From NCBI GenBank assembly GCA_049975265.1, contig JBNGDF010000038.1, forward strand, positions 1 through 18,175: DNA of 18,175 bases. The letters run 5' to 3'. Below the pieces are notes generated by a model. The model was not told the DNA's origin. It worked only from the letters and a program-made list of their open reading frames with translations, and searched no databases. Source of the DNA: Fidelibacterota bacterium. Lineage in GTDB: Bacteria; Fidelibacterota; UBA2242. The position numbers and the translations under genes are program-made. Each line of letters begins with the position of its first letter. Positions within the stretch are counted from its first letter, which is position 1. Positions 1 through 7,898 of this stretch are shown piece by piece.

Positions 1-42
1 GAGTGAAAATGTAAAAGAGTTTATCACGTCGTTTTTTATGAC

Positions 43-900
43 ATGTTTTTATTTATCACCCTGGTATCAATGAATCTAAAAAATATAAATCAGAAAATGG
101 AGAGGATTCAGAGAGAAATCATCGTTCGAATGATCGGCAGGGAAAAGTATATCAGCCGGGTGATTTTTGCTTCTCAACTATACCGTTCATTTTTGCCCTT
201 TAAAAATCGAACGATGAAAGTAATCAGAAATTACATACTATTTCCGGGTGCCGTCGTAATAGATGTTGGCGCTAATATTGGTCGCTTTACAGGGTTAGCA
301 TCTGAACTCGTTAAAAGGAATGGTCAGGTACATAGTTTTGAACCTGTTCACATGGCGTATAGGGTGTTGAAAGCCTCAGTGAGATTAAAACGATTACGAA
401 ACGTCAGCCTGAATCCCGTTGCATTATCCGATAAAAATGGCAAAGCCGAAATATCCGTCCCATTGGTGGATGGCTGGAAACCAAAACTACCGGTTGCCCA
501 TATGGGTGCGGACCCGAGAATTACATTAAAACAGGAAATAATTACTAAAAAACTCGACGATTATTGCAGAGAAAGCAATATCAGCAGAGTTGATTTTATC
601 AAATGCGATACCGAAGGGCATGAATATTTTGTCCTTATGGGGGAATTGGAATGTCTTTTAAAAAACAAGCCCACGGTGTTATGTGAAATATATGGTAAAT
701 ATTGCGGGAGACAGAATGTGAATCCTTCGCAAATATTTGAACTGTTCTACAATATCGGATATCAATCCTTCATATCCACAAAAGAGGGAATGTTGCTCCA
801 GATAAAAGGATACAAAAATCCATCTGACTAGCTCTTTATTCATCCTTCAAAAATGGCGATCAGCGATTTGAAACATGCAGTCGTCAATGCCGGTGGCTAA
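43..900 (+). CDS. FkbM-family SAM-dependent methyltransferase, probably interrupted near its C-terminus by TAG at 829-831
   Basis: Motifs VIDVGANIG, HSFEP, VALSD and RVDFIKCDTEGHE are typical of FkbM. The ORF track stops at 831, but the frame continues LFIHPSK...GG to TAA at 898-900. The start codon is uncertain (43, 70 or 97). Confidence 0.85.
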
Positions 901-1031
901 ATGCTGAATCGTCAGCGGTGTAAAGCGGCATAAACGCCTGTACGGTTTTCACTCGTGGTGGTAAATGGCAAACAATGTAACCTGCCGGGCTGAAACGTAC
1001 CTAATTTGTATAGTAAAAGAAGGAACGAAAT

Positions 1032-2000
1032 ATGTTAAAAGAACGCAAACTGGGAAATTCAGGAATATCGGTTTACCCCATCGGGATAGGATTGTGGGCT
1101 ATCGGTGGAAAAACCTGGGGACCTACCAATGACAAGGAATCTCTGGATACAATCAGCAGGGCTTTGGACCTGGGGATCACTTTTTTTGATACGGCTGATA
1201 TCTATGGCGATGGTCATAGCGAGGAACTGTTGGGCAGAGCCATGCAGGGACGCCGGGATAAATTCATTATCGGGACGAAAATCGGCTGGATTGATTTTAA
1301 TGGTGAACAGAATCGATCCGCCTATACTTCTCCCGAAAAGGTTATCGCAGGGGTTGAGAATAATCTGAAGCGATTAAACACGGATTACATCGATATTCTG
1401 CAGTGGCATGTGAGTTTTCTTGACCCGACAATGGAAAACTTTATCATAGGCTGTGAACGACTAAAAAAGCAGGGTAAAATTCGCGGTTATGGAGTTAGCA
1501 CCAGCGATTTTGATTATTTACGGTCTTTTGTTTCCACCGGTAATCCGGATACGTTGCAGATCGATTACAGTATTCTTAACCGGACCGCCGAAAAAGAGAT
1601 TTTTCCCTTTTGCCGGGATGAAAATTTAGGTGTGATTGTTCGGGGCGGTCTGGCAATGGGAATCCTGACCGGGAAATTCAACCCGGAAACCACGTTTCCG
1701 GAAGGCGATTTCAGAAAAAGCTGGATCGAAAATCCGGATCAAAAAGAACAGTTTCTGGAAGATCTGAGAGTCATAGACAAGCTGAAAAATGCCTTTCCTT
1801 CCCAACACCTGGCTGAACTCGCTATCCGTTTCATCATCTCCAATCCGGCTGTGTCGGTGGTGATCCCCGGAGCAAAACGTGTATCACAGTTGGAGTCAAA
1901 TTTCCATGCCGGTGACGCGGGTCTCCTCACCGATCAGGAAATGGACGCGATCAATCATATTGTGGCGCCGGGAGAAGGTCGGAAGATCTGGCCGGCTTGA
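1032..2000 (+). CDS. Aldo/keto reductase (IolS/Tas-like)
   Basis: N-terminus RKLGNSGISVYPIGIG; catalytic tetrad elements DTADIYG, TKIG and QWH; C-terminal VIPGAKRVSQLESN; AG-rich RBS (AGAAGGAA) upstream. Confidence 0.95.
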   Translation: MLKERKLGNSGISVYPIGIGLWAIGGKTWGPTNDKESLDTISRALDLGITFFDTADIYGDGHSEELLGRAMQGRRDKFIIGTKIGWIDFNGEQNRSAYTSPEKVIAGVENNLKRLNTDYIDILQWHVSFLDPTMENFIIGCERLKKQGKIRGYGVSTSDFDYLRSFVSTGNPDTLQIDYSILNRTAEKEIFPFCRDENLGVIVRGGLAMGILTGKFNPETTFPEGDFRKSWIENPDQKEQFLEDLRVIDKLKNAFPSQHLAELAIRFIISNPAVSVVIPGAKRVSQLESNFHAGDAGLLTDQEMDAINHIVAPGEGRKIWPA

Positions 2001-2007
2001 GGTAAAA

Positions 2008-2246
2008 ATCACGAATTTTGTTGTTTTCTGTTGAATCGGGATAATGAAAAACGGTACGAGCAGGCGATCGGACTTCTGAAATCTTGTGAAGAGTCAGGGG
2101 AACCGGTTTTTATTTCCAACCAGTCTGGAAGTGCTGATTTTGCCGATTATCTGATCGGTCATGATACTCAGGAAGGGAATGCCCGTACAACATTTACTTT
2201 TGATAAACGATATAAAAAAGAACGATTGTTTCCTTTGCCGGGGTAA
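2008..2246 (+). pseudogene. PIN-domain (VapC-like) toxin remnant with a large internal deletion
   Basis: An N-terminal-like segment (TN.VV / FLLNRDNEKRYEQAIGLLKSCEESGEPVFIS) is joined directly to the C-terminal PIN signature ADFADYLIG...TFTFDKR. The central part, a clean start and an antitoxin gene are missing. Confidence 0.65.
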
Positions 2247-2273
2247 TATTCTATGTCTAATATTGCCAGAATA

Positions 2274-2391
2274 AGCGGAGCAGGGACTCTTCCGATAAAT
2301 CGGGATCCCTTTGGGAGAACCCCGTCAGGTGCCGGTTAGGCGGACACGCAGATAATCATCTGGTCGCTCGGGGCGGCTGAACTACCCGGCA
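2274..2391 (-). pseudogene. Degenerate tandem copy of the adjacent tRNA-Met, interrupted by two short insertions
   Basis: 2274-2289 is identical to tRNA 2418-2433 (16 bp). 2317-2323 matches GAACCCC. 2342-2391 aligns ungapped to tRNA 2441-2490 (33/50 by hand). Insertions lie at 2290-2316 and 2324-2341. Confidence 0.75.
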
Positions 2392-2416
2392 CTAATAAAT
2401 GAGTTTTAAGTGTATG

Positions 2417-2490
2417 TAGCGGAGCAGGGACTCGAACCCCGGACACGCGGATTATGATTCCGCTGCTCTAACCGACTGAGCTACTCCGCC
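2417..2490 (-). tRNA. tRNA-Met (CAT), elongator-like, CCA not encoded
   Basis: Reverse complement GGCGGAG TA GCTC AGTCGGTTA GAGC A GCGGA ATCATAA TCCGC GTGTC CGGGG TTCGAGT CCCTG CTCCGCT A folds as a cloverleaf with anticodon CAT. It lacks the initiator's C1 mismatch and GGG/CCC anticodon stem. Ile2 is not strictly excluded. Confidence 0.95.
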
Positions 2491-2499
2491 ATTCAATAA

Positions 2500-2535
2500 G
2501 CGGCGGAATTTAATAAATCCGCTTATTGGAAACAA
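2500..2535 (-). promoter_or_regulatory. Sigma70-type stable-RNA promoter for tRNA-Met
   Basis: Minus strand: -35 TTGTTT (2535-2530), 17-bp spacer, -10 TAAATT (2512-2507), GC-rich discriminator CCGCCGC, ending about 10 nt before the tRNA. Confidence 0.6.
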
Positions 2536-2554
2536 TAATTAATTCCCGTTTCAG

Positions 2555-2592
2555 AGAGGACTTTTCCGTCACAGGAAAAGCCCTCTTTTTTT
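2555..2592 (+). terminator. Intrinsic terminator-like hairpin
   Basis: AGAGGACTTTTCC-GTCACA-GGAAAAGCCCTCT followed by a T-run. Confidence 0.6.
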
Positions 2593-2709
2593 ATTGCAGG
2601 TAACGTGCAGTCGCCCTCTGGCAATTTTCCGGTTGCAATTTCTGTCTGGGATGACCAAATTCAACTTCCATTAAAATTGGGATTGTTGAGTAATTTCGAA
2701 GGAGCAATG

Positions 2710-4314
2710 ATGCAATGTTTTCTGAAAACCGTATTGATTTTTGGCATGATAGCGACAATCAACCAGGCGACCGCTGGGGAGAAACCCGACTGGGAGGGTG
2801 GCGTTCCCGAGGGCTGTACCACAATTACGGTGGGTAAAGCTGCCAGTGCCGACGGTTCGGTGATGACCTCCCACACCTGCGACAGTCACCGGACGCGCAG
2901 CTGGCTGGATATTGTCCCGGCACAGGACCACAAAAAGGGCGCAACCGTCACACTGGTCAGGCGCACGCCCTGCGATTCGCTGGCAATGCCGACCTATCAG
3001 CATCTGCCGGTGGGGGAGATACCCCAGGTGGAACATACCTATGCCTTCATCAATACCGCCTATCCCTGTATGAATGAGAAGCAGCTGGCGATCGGCGAAT
3101 CGACATTCGGCGGGCGCGAATCCCTGCATGAGCCGGACCTGAATCTGATTGACTGCCAGATGCTGGTGCGCCTGCTACTGGAACGTTGTGCCTCCGCCCG
3201 TGAGGCGTTGGAACTGGCGTCGGAACTCCTCCAAAAATACGGCTGGAGTGATGAGGGGGAATGTCTGACCATTGCCGGTCCGAAAGAGGTCTGGCACTTC
3301 GAAGTTGTTGGTCCGGGTAAAGGCAATATTGGTGCAATCTGGGTCGCCCGGCGTGTCCCGGATGGTCACATCTCCGTCAACGCCAACGGCAGCCGCATCC
3401 GGCAAATTGACCTTGATGAACCGGATTACTTCATGGCTTCGGAGAATGTATTTCAGGTGGCGCAGGACAGCGGCTGGTGGAATCCTCAATACGGACCCTT
3501 TGAATTCGTCTACGCATACGCCCCGGAAAGCCGCCAATCCTACGCCGCCCGGCGGCGGGAATGGCGGGTCTTCGATCTGATCGCCCCCTCACTGAATCTG
3601 CATCCCGACTCCGAAAATTATCCCTTTTCCGTGAAACCAGATACGCTGATTACCCTGGCAAAAATGGTAGAGCTCTTTCAGGATTGGTATCAGGGTACGG
3701 AGTTTGACATTGTGAAAAATATCAGATGGGAAAATCCCGAAACCGGCGATTATGAGATTTCACCGCTGGCGAATCCCTGGATGCCCTACGATATGCTGCC
3801 CCTGTTCAATATCAATGGCGGCTGGGGCTGGCGCGGCGAACGCCAGATCGCCCGCTGGTACACCATGTACGCCACGATCACCCAGTCCCGCGACTGGCTG
3901 CCCGACGAAATCGGCGGCGTGGTTTGGCTGGCATTTGACAATGTCGCCGCTTCGATTTATGTACCGCTTTACTGCTCAATTGCGGACGTGCCCGAATCCT
4001 TTAAAACACCCGGTCGCGTCAACGGCTTCAATCGCGAATCCGCCTGGTGGGCGTTCAACCGGCTGGCGACTCTTGCAGCACAGCGCTGGGGCGATATGCA
4101 CAAGGATGTCTGGGCGGTCTGGAAACCGCTACAGGCGGAACTGTTTGAAAAACAATTGGGAGTAGAGCAGCAGGCTTTAGAATTATTACAGAAGAATCCG
4201 AAGAAAGCCCGCCGGTTTCTGACCGATTATTCGCTCCGGTGGGGCAATCAGGTTGTCCAGCGCGCCTGGCAGCTGGGCGACGAACTCTGGACAAAATACG
4301 ACGAGAAGTGGTAA
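2710..4314 (+). CDS. Secreted peptidase family C69 (dipeptidase, Ntn-hydrolase)
   Basis: Signal peptide followed by GCTTITVGKAASADGSVMTSHT (nucleophilic Cys) and MNEKQLAIGESTF. AAGGAG at 2699-2704 favours ATG 2710 (or 2707) over the ORF-track GTG at 2605. Confidence 0.9.
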   Translation: MQCFLKTVLIFGMIATINQATAGEKPDWEGGVPEGCTTITVGKAASADGSVMTSHTCDSHRTRSWLDIVPAQDHKKGATVTLVRRTPCDSLAMPTYQHLPVGEIPQVEHTYAFINTAYPCMNEKQLAIGESTFGGRESLHEPDLNLIDCQMLVRLLLERCASAREALELASELLQKYGWSDEGECLTIAGPKEVWHFEVVGPGKGNIGAIWVARRVPDGHISVNANGSRIRQIDLDEPDYFMASENVFQVAQDSGWWNPQYGPFEFVYAYAPESRQSYAARRREWRVFDLIAPSLNLHPDSENYPFSVKPDTLITLAKMVELFQDWYQGTEFDIVKNIRWENPETGDYEISPLANPWMPYDMLPLFNINGGWGWRGERQIARWYTMYATITQSRDWLPDEIGGVVWLAFDNVAASIYVPLYCSIADVPESFKTPGRVNGFNRESAWWAFNRLATLAAQRWGDMHKDVWAVWKPLQAELFEKQLGVEQQALELLQKNPKKARRFLTDYSLRWGNQVVQRAWQLGDELWTKYDEKW

Positions 4315-4345
4315 GATTTTAGAATATTGGAACAATCTGATGTTA

Positions 4346-5239
4346 TTATGCAAATAGTGTCGTACTGAGATACTTTTCACCGCGGTCGGGAAAAATAACG
4401 ACAATCGTGCCTGTATCAATCTGACGGGCGATCTCCTGCGCCGCCAGCATTGCGGCGCCGCTGCTCATGCCGACGAAAATGCCCTCCTCCCGGATGATCC
4501 GACGCGCCATTTCGAAGGCTTTTTCCGTCTGGATATTGACCATGCAATCAATTTTCGAGGGATCGTATATCGAGGGAATAATCGCCTCTTCCATGTTTTT
4601 CAAACCCTGAATATAATGCCCTTTTTCCGGGTAGGCACAGACGATCTTGATCGCCGGTCTGTTCTCCCGCAGAGCCTTACCGACGCCCATGATCGTGCCC
4701 GATGTACCGATGGCAGAAACAAAGTAATCAATATCGCCGTTGGTCTGTTCCCAGATTTCCTGACCGGTTGCCTTGTAATGGGCGATTTTGTTGTACTTAT
4801 TGGTAAATTGATCGGGTAAAAAATAGCGCTCCGGCTGCTCCTTGACCAGTTTGCGGACGTAGCAGATTGAGCCGTCGGTGCCCTTCTCAGCGGGGGTGAG
4901 AGTGACATTGCCGCCGAAGGCTTCGATCATTTTGCGGCGCTCCACCGAGACTGCCTCGCTCATGACGATTTCCACTTTGTAGCCCTTGACCGCTCCGATC
5001 ATCGCCAGCCCGATGCCGGTATTGCCCGAGGTAGCCTCGATGATCGTCTGACCCTTTTTCAATTCCCCGGAATTCTCCGCCTGCTCGATCATTTTCAGTG
5101 CAATCCGGTCCTTAATGGAGCCCGAGGGATTAAAACCTTCCAGCTTGGCGTAAATCGCCGCCTTGGGATTGGGATTGAGTTTATTGATCTGAACCATTGG
5201 GGTTCGTCCGATGGTCTGGAGAATATTTCGATAAATCAT
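4346..5239 (-). CDS. PLP-dependent cysteine synthase (CysK/CysM family)
   Basis: IGRTPMV, KLEGFNPSGSIKDR (PLP lysine), EATSGNTGIGLA, GTSGT, GMSSGAA and PDRGEKYLST. Confidence 0.95.
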   Translation of the reverse strand: MIYRNILQTIGRTPMVQINKLNPNPKAAIYAKLEGFNPSGSIKDRIALKMIEQAENSGELKKGQTIIEATSGNTGIGLAMIGAVKGYKVEIVMSEAVSVERRKMIEAFGGNVTLTPAEKGTDGSICYVRKLVKEQPERYFLPDQFTNKYNKIAHYKATGQEIWEQTNGDIDYFVSAIGTSGTIMGVGKALRENRPAIKIVCAYPEKGHYIQGLKNMEEAIIPSIYDPSKIDCMVNIQTEKAFEMARRIIREEGIFVGMSSGAAMLAAQEIARQIDTGTIVVIFPDRGEKYLSTTLFA

Positions 5240-5364
5240 TTTCAGTCCCCATTAATTATTACAATGCGGTCAAAGTATAATCATCCGGGGCGTTTAAATC
5301 AATGTTTATAACGATTATTCACCCTCTTTTATATTCGATGGGATGGAATTTCGGCGTAATCCGG

Positions 5365-5382
5365 TTGTGACTGCCCTCACAA
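5365..5382. promoter_or_regulatory. Palindromic operator-like site TTGTGA-N6-TCACAA (CRP/FNR-family or Rex-like)
   Basis: Contains the CRP core consensus TGTGA-N6-TCACA. It lies in the divergent intergenic region between the cysteine synthase and TonB-dependent receptor genes. Confidence 0.45.
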
Positions 5383-5531
5383 TCCGGGCGGTGCTTTGCC
5401 GGTACTGACAACTTTCGGCAATCCAAGCCGTCTGAAGGAGCATTCACAGTGATTCTTTCTTTCGAATAAATGGATGATTCGTTGTAACTTTAGCAGCCTG
5501 TTGGATGGAATTTCGATGAACCGGAAAAAAA

Positions 5532-7880
5532 ATGAAAACCTCTGTTTTTACATTATGCCTCCTGCTGGTAGTTTCTGCATTTGCCAAAGAGACCGGGCGG
5601 ATTTCCGGCTATCTGCGCAATGCCGCTACCGGCGAGCCGATCATGTACGCCAATGTTGTACTCGAAGGCACCTATCTGGGTGCCGCCTCGGACGTGCACG
5701 GACATTATGTCATTGTCAACATTCCGCCCGGCAAATACACCCTTAAAGCCATGATGATGGGTTATGAATCCCGTACCAGAGCGGTCACGATTGTGGCGGA
5801 TGAGGATATTCGGCTGGACATGGAACTGACGGTTAAAGCCATTGAAGGGGAAGCCGTGGAGGTGACCGCGGAGCGCACCCGCTTTGAGGAGAAGGTGGAG
5901 ATCAGCCGGATGAACCTCTCCATGGAGCAGATTGTCAATACGCCGGCAATGGTGGAAGCCGACCTGTTTCGCACGCTGCAGATGATGCCCAGCGTGACCG
6001 CAAAGAACGATTTCTCATCGGCGCTGATTGTGCGCGGGGGTGGTTCTGATGAAAACCTGATTCTGCTTGACGGAATCGAGGTATACAATCCCTATCATCT
6101 GGGCGGCGTCTTTTCCACCTTCAACGCCGAAGCCTTGGCGGATGCGGAATTTCTCGCCGGCGGTTACCCGGCAAAATACGGTAACCGGAACTCCGCCGTA
6201 TTGAACATCACCTCCCGGGAGGGAAATTCCCGGCGCAGCATTCTGTTCAGGGAAAGTCTGCGGGCGGATTACGTTGATTTGAGCGGGCTGAAAGGGGAGA
6301 TCAGCATGCTCAGCAGCAAGATTCTCGCCGAAGGACCGCACAAATGGGGCACCTGGATGATTGCCGCCCGGCGGACCTATTACGACCAGCTGGCGAAATT
6401 GTACTTCCGGATCAAGGACGGTACCGATTCACCCGGCGCCTATTTCTTCTGGGATTCCCACTGGAAAACCTTCTTCGATATCAACGCACGCAACCGGCTC
6501 ACCGTCGCCGGCTATTACGGGCGGGACTTCCTGACCTTTGACTACGAAGACGATGAAAACGGCTTCAATGTCGATCTGGACTGGGGCAACTACACCACTA
6601 GCCTGCAGTGGCGCTCAGTCCCGTCATCCAAAATCCATTCACTTCTTTCAATTGCGCATACGGTCTACGACTGGGATTTCGGCTTTGCCTTTACGGAAAT
6701 CGATTCGGCGGTGGGGAAGGTAACTACGGAAATTGCCGAAAATGTAGACCTTCGGGACTGGACTGTCAAGGAGGAACTGGATTGGTTTGTCTCCAACCGG
6801 CACACCCTGACCGGCGGCTTCGAGTACAAGGTTCTGGAAATGGCGATTGAACAGGAAATCGCCGGCATCATGTTCCTCGACCGGACCCAGAGTCCCTATA
6901 TCTTTTCCGTCTATCTCCAGGATAAATGGAAACCCTTCAACCTGCTGAATATCCAGCCCGGTCTGCGAATCAGCCGGTACGAGCTCCATAAGCGGCTCTA
7001 TCTCGAACCCCGCATCGGTTTCAAATGCCTGCTCACGGAAAATACCGCCCTGAAAGGCAGCTGGGGAATTTATCGGCAATATATGTTTACCAATACCAAC
7101 GACGAGGAAATCATCAACTTTGTTGATTTCTGGCTGCCGGTGCCAAAGGAGTACGACGCCCAGTCCTGTCAGCACTTTATCGCCGGTATTGAACAGCGTT
7201 TTCGCAATAATGTCTTCTTCAGCATCGAAGCCTATTACAAACCCTATGACAACATGCTGGAGGTCAATCCGAACAACGATCCGGTGACCGACGAAGACGA
7301 TTTTGTCGCCGGGACTGGTACAGCCTGGGGTGTGGAACTGCTGCTGAAAAAGTCGCTGGGACGCTTCAACGGCTGGCTGGGCTACAGCTACAGCCGGATT
7401 CGTAAGGAGATCGACTTTAACAGCGATGGAAAGGTCATGAAGGAGGAGGGAGAAGTTTACTTTGTGAAAAACGATATTCCCCACTCCCTCAATGCCGTTC
7501 TGAATTATAAATTGAACGATAAAAACAGCTTCGGAATGACCCTCTCCATCAACAGCGGGCAACCCTTTACGGTCAACGAGGGAATGGTCTATGCGGGTAC
7601 GAACTATGCCAGTCCGCTGACGCCCTATGCCGGTTTGCAGCCGATCCCCGGCGTGAAGAACGGCGCCCGCTATCCGTACTATTTCCGGATTGACCTGAGC
7701 TATGTCCGCGCCATCCAGCCGTTCGGAATCAACGGCAAATTCAAATTTCAGGTCATCAATGCCACGAACCATTTTAATGTCCTGTTCGCCCAGACGCTGC
7801 GCAATACCAATCCGACCCGCCTCCGGGCGTTCAGCATGTTTCCTATTATCCCCTCGCTGGGATTGGAATTTGAACTTTAA
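5532..7880 (+). CDS. TonB-dependent outer-membrane receptor with N-terminal carboxypeptidase-regulatory-like domain
   Basis: Signal peptide; ISGYLRNAATGEPIMYANV..G.Y.I.NIPPGKYTL; plug motif LIVRGGGSDENLILLDG..VYNPYHLGG; GGYPAKYG; beta-barrel C-terminus IIPSLGLEFEL. Confidence 0.92.
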   Translation: MKTSVFTLCLLLVVSAFAKETGRISGYLRNAATGEPIMYANVVLEGTYLGAASDVHGHYVIVNIPPGKYTLKAMMMGYESRTRAVTIVADEDIRLDMELTVKAIEGEAVEVTAERTRFEEKVEISRMNLSMEQIVNTPAMVEADLFRTLQMMPSVTAKNDFSSALIVRGGGSDENLILLDGIEVYNPYHLGGVFSTFNAEALADAEFLAGGYPAKYGNRNSAVLNITSREGNSRRSILFRESLRADYVDLSGLKGEISMLSSKILAEGPHKWGTWMIAARRTYYDQLAKLYFRIKDGTDSPGAYFFWDSHWKTFFDINARNRLTVAGYYGRDFLTFDYEDDENGFNVDLDWGNYTTSLQWRSVPSSKIHSLLSIAHTVYDWDFGFAFTEIDSAVGKVTTEIAENVDLRDWTVKEELDWFVSNRHTLTGGFEYKVLEMAIEQEIAGIMFLDRTQSPYIFSVYLQDKWKPFNLLNIQPGLRISRYELHKRLYLEPRIGFKCLLTENTALKGSWGIYRQYMFTNTNDEEIINFVDFWLPVPKEYDAQSCQHFIAGIEQRFRNNVFFSIEAYYKPYDNMLEVNPNNDPVTDEDDFVAGTGTAWGVELLLKKSLGRFNGWLGYSYSRIRKEIDFNSDGKVMKEEGEVYFVKNDIPHSLNAVLNYKLNDKNSFGMTLSINSGQPFTVNEGMVYAGTNYASPLTPYAGLQPIPGVKNGARYPYYFRIDLSYVRAIQPFGINGKFKFQVINATNHFNVLFAQTLRNTNPTRLRAFSMFPIIPSLGLEFEL

Positions 7881-7898
7881 GAGCCACAGAGCAACATT

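Noticed and set aside
2290..2341. tRNA introns in a functional second tRNA
   Set aside because: The acceptor, D and anticodon stems of the copy no longer pair properly, and the inserts are far too short for bacterial self-splicing introns.
2605..2709. GTG-initiated N-terminal extension of the C69 peptidase
   Set aside because: It has no clear RBS. The signal peptide and RBS point to ATG 2710/2707.
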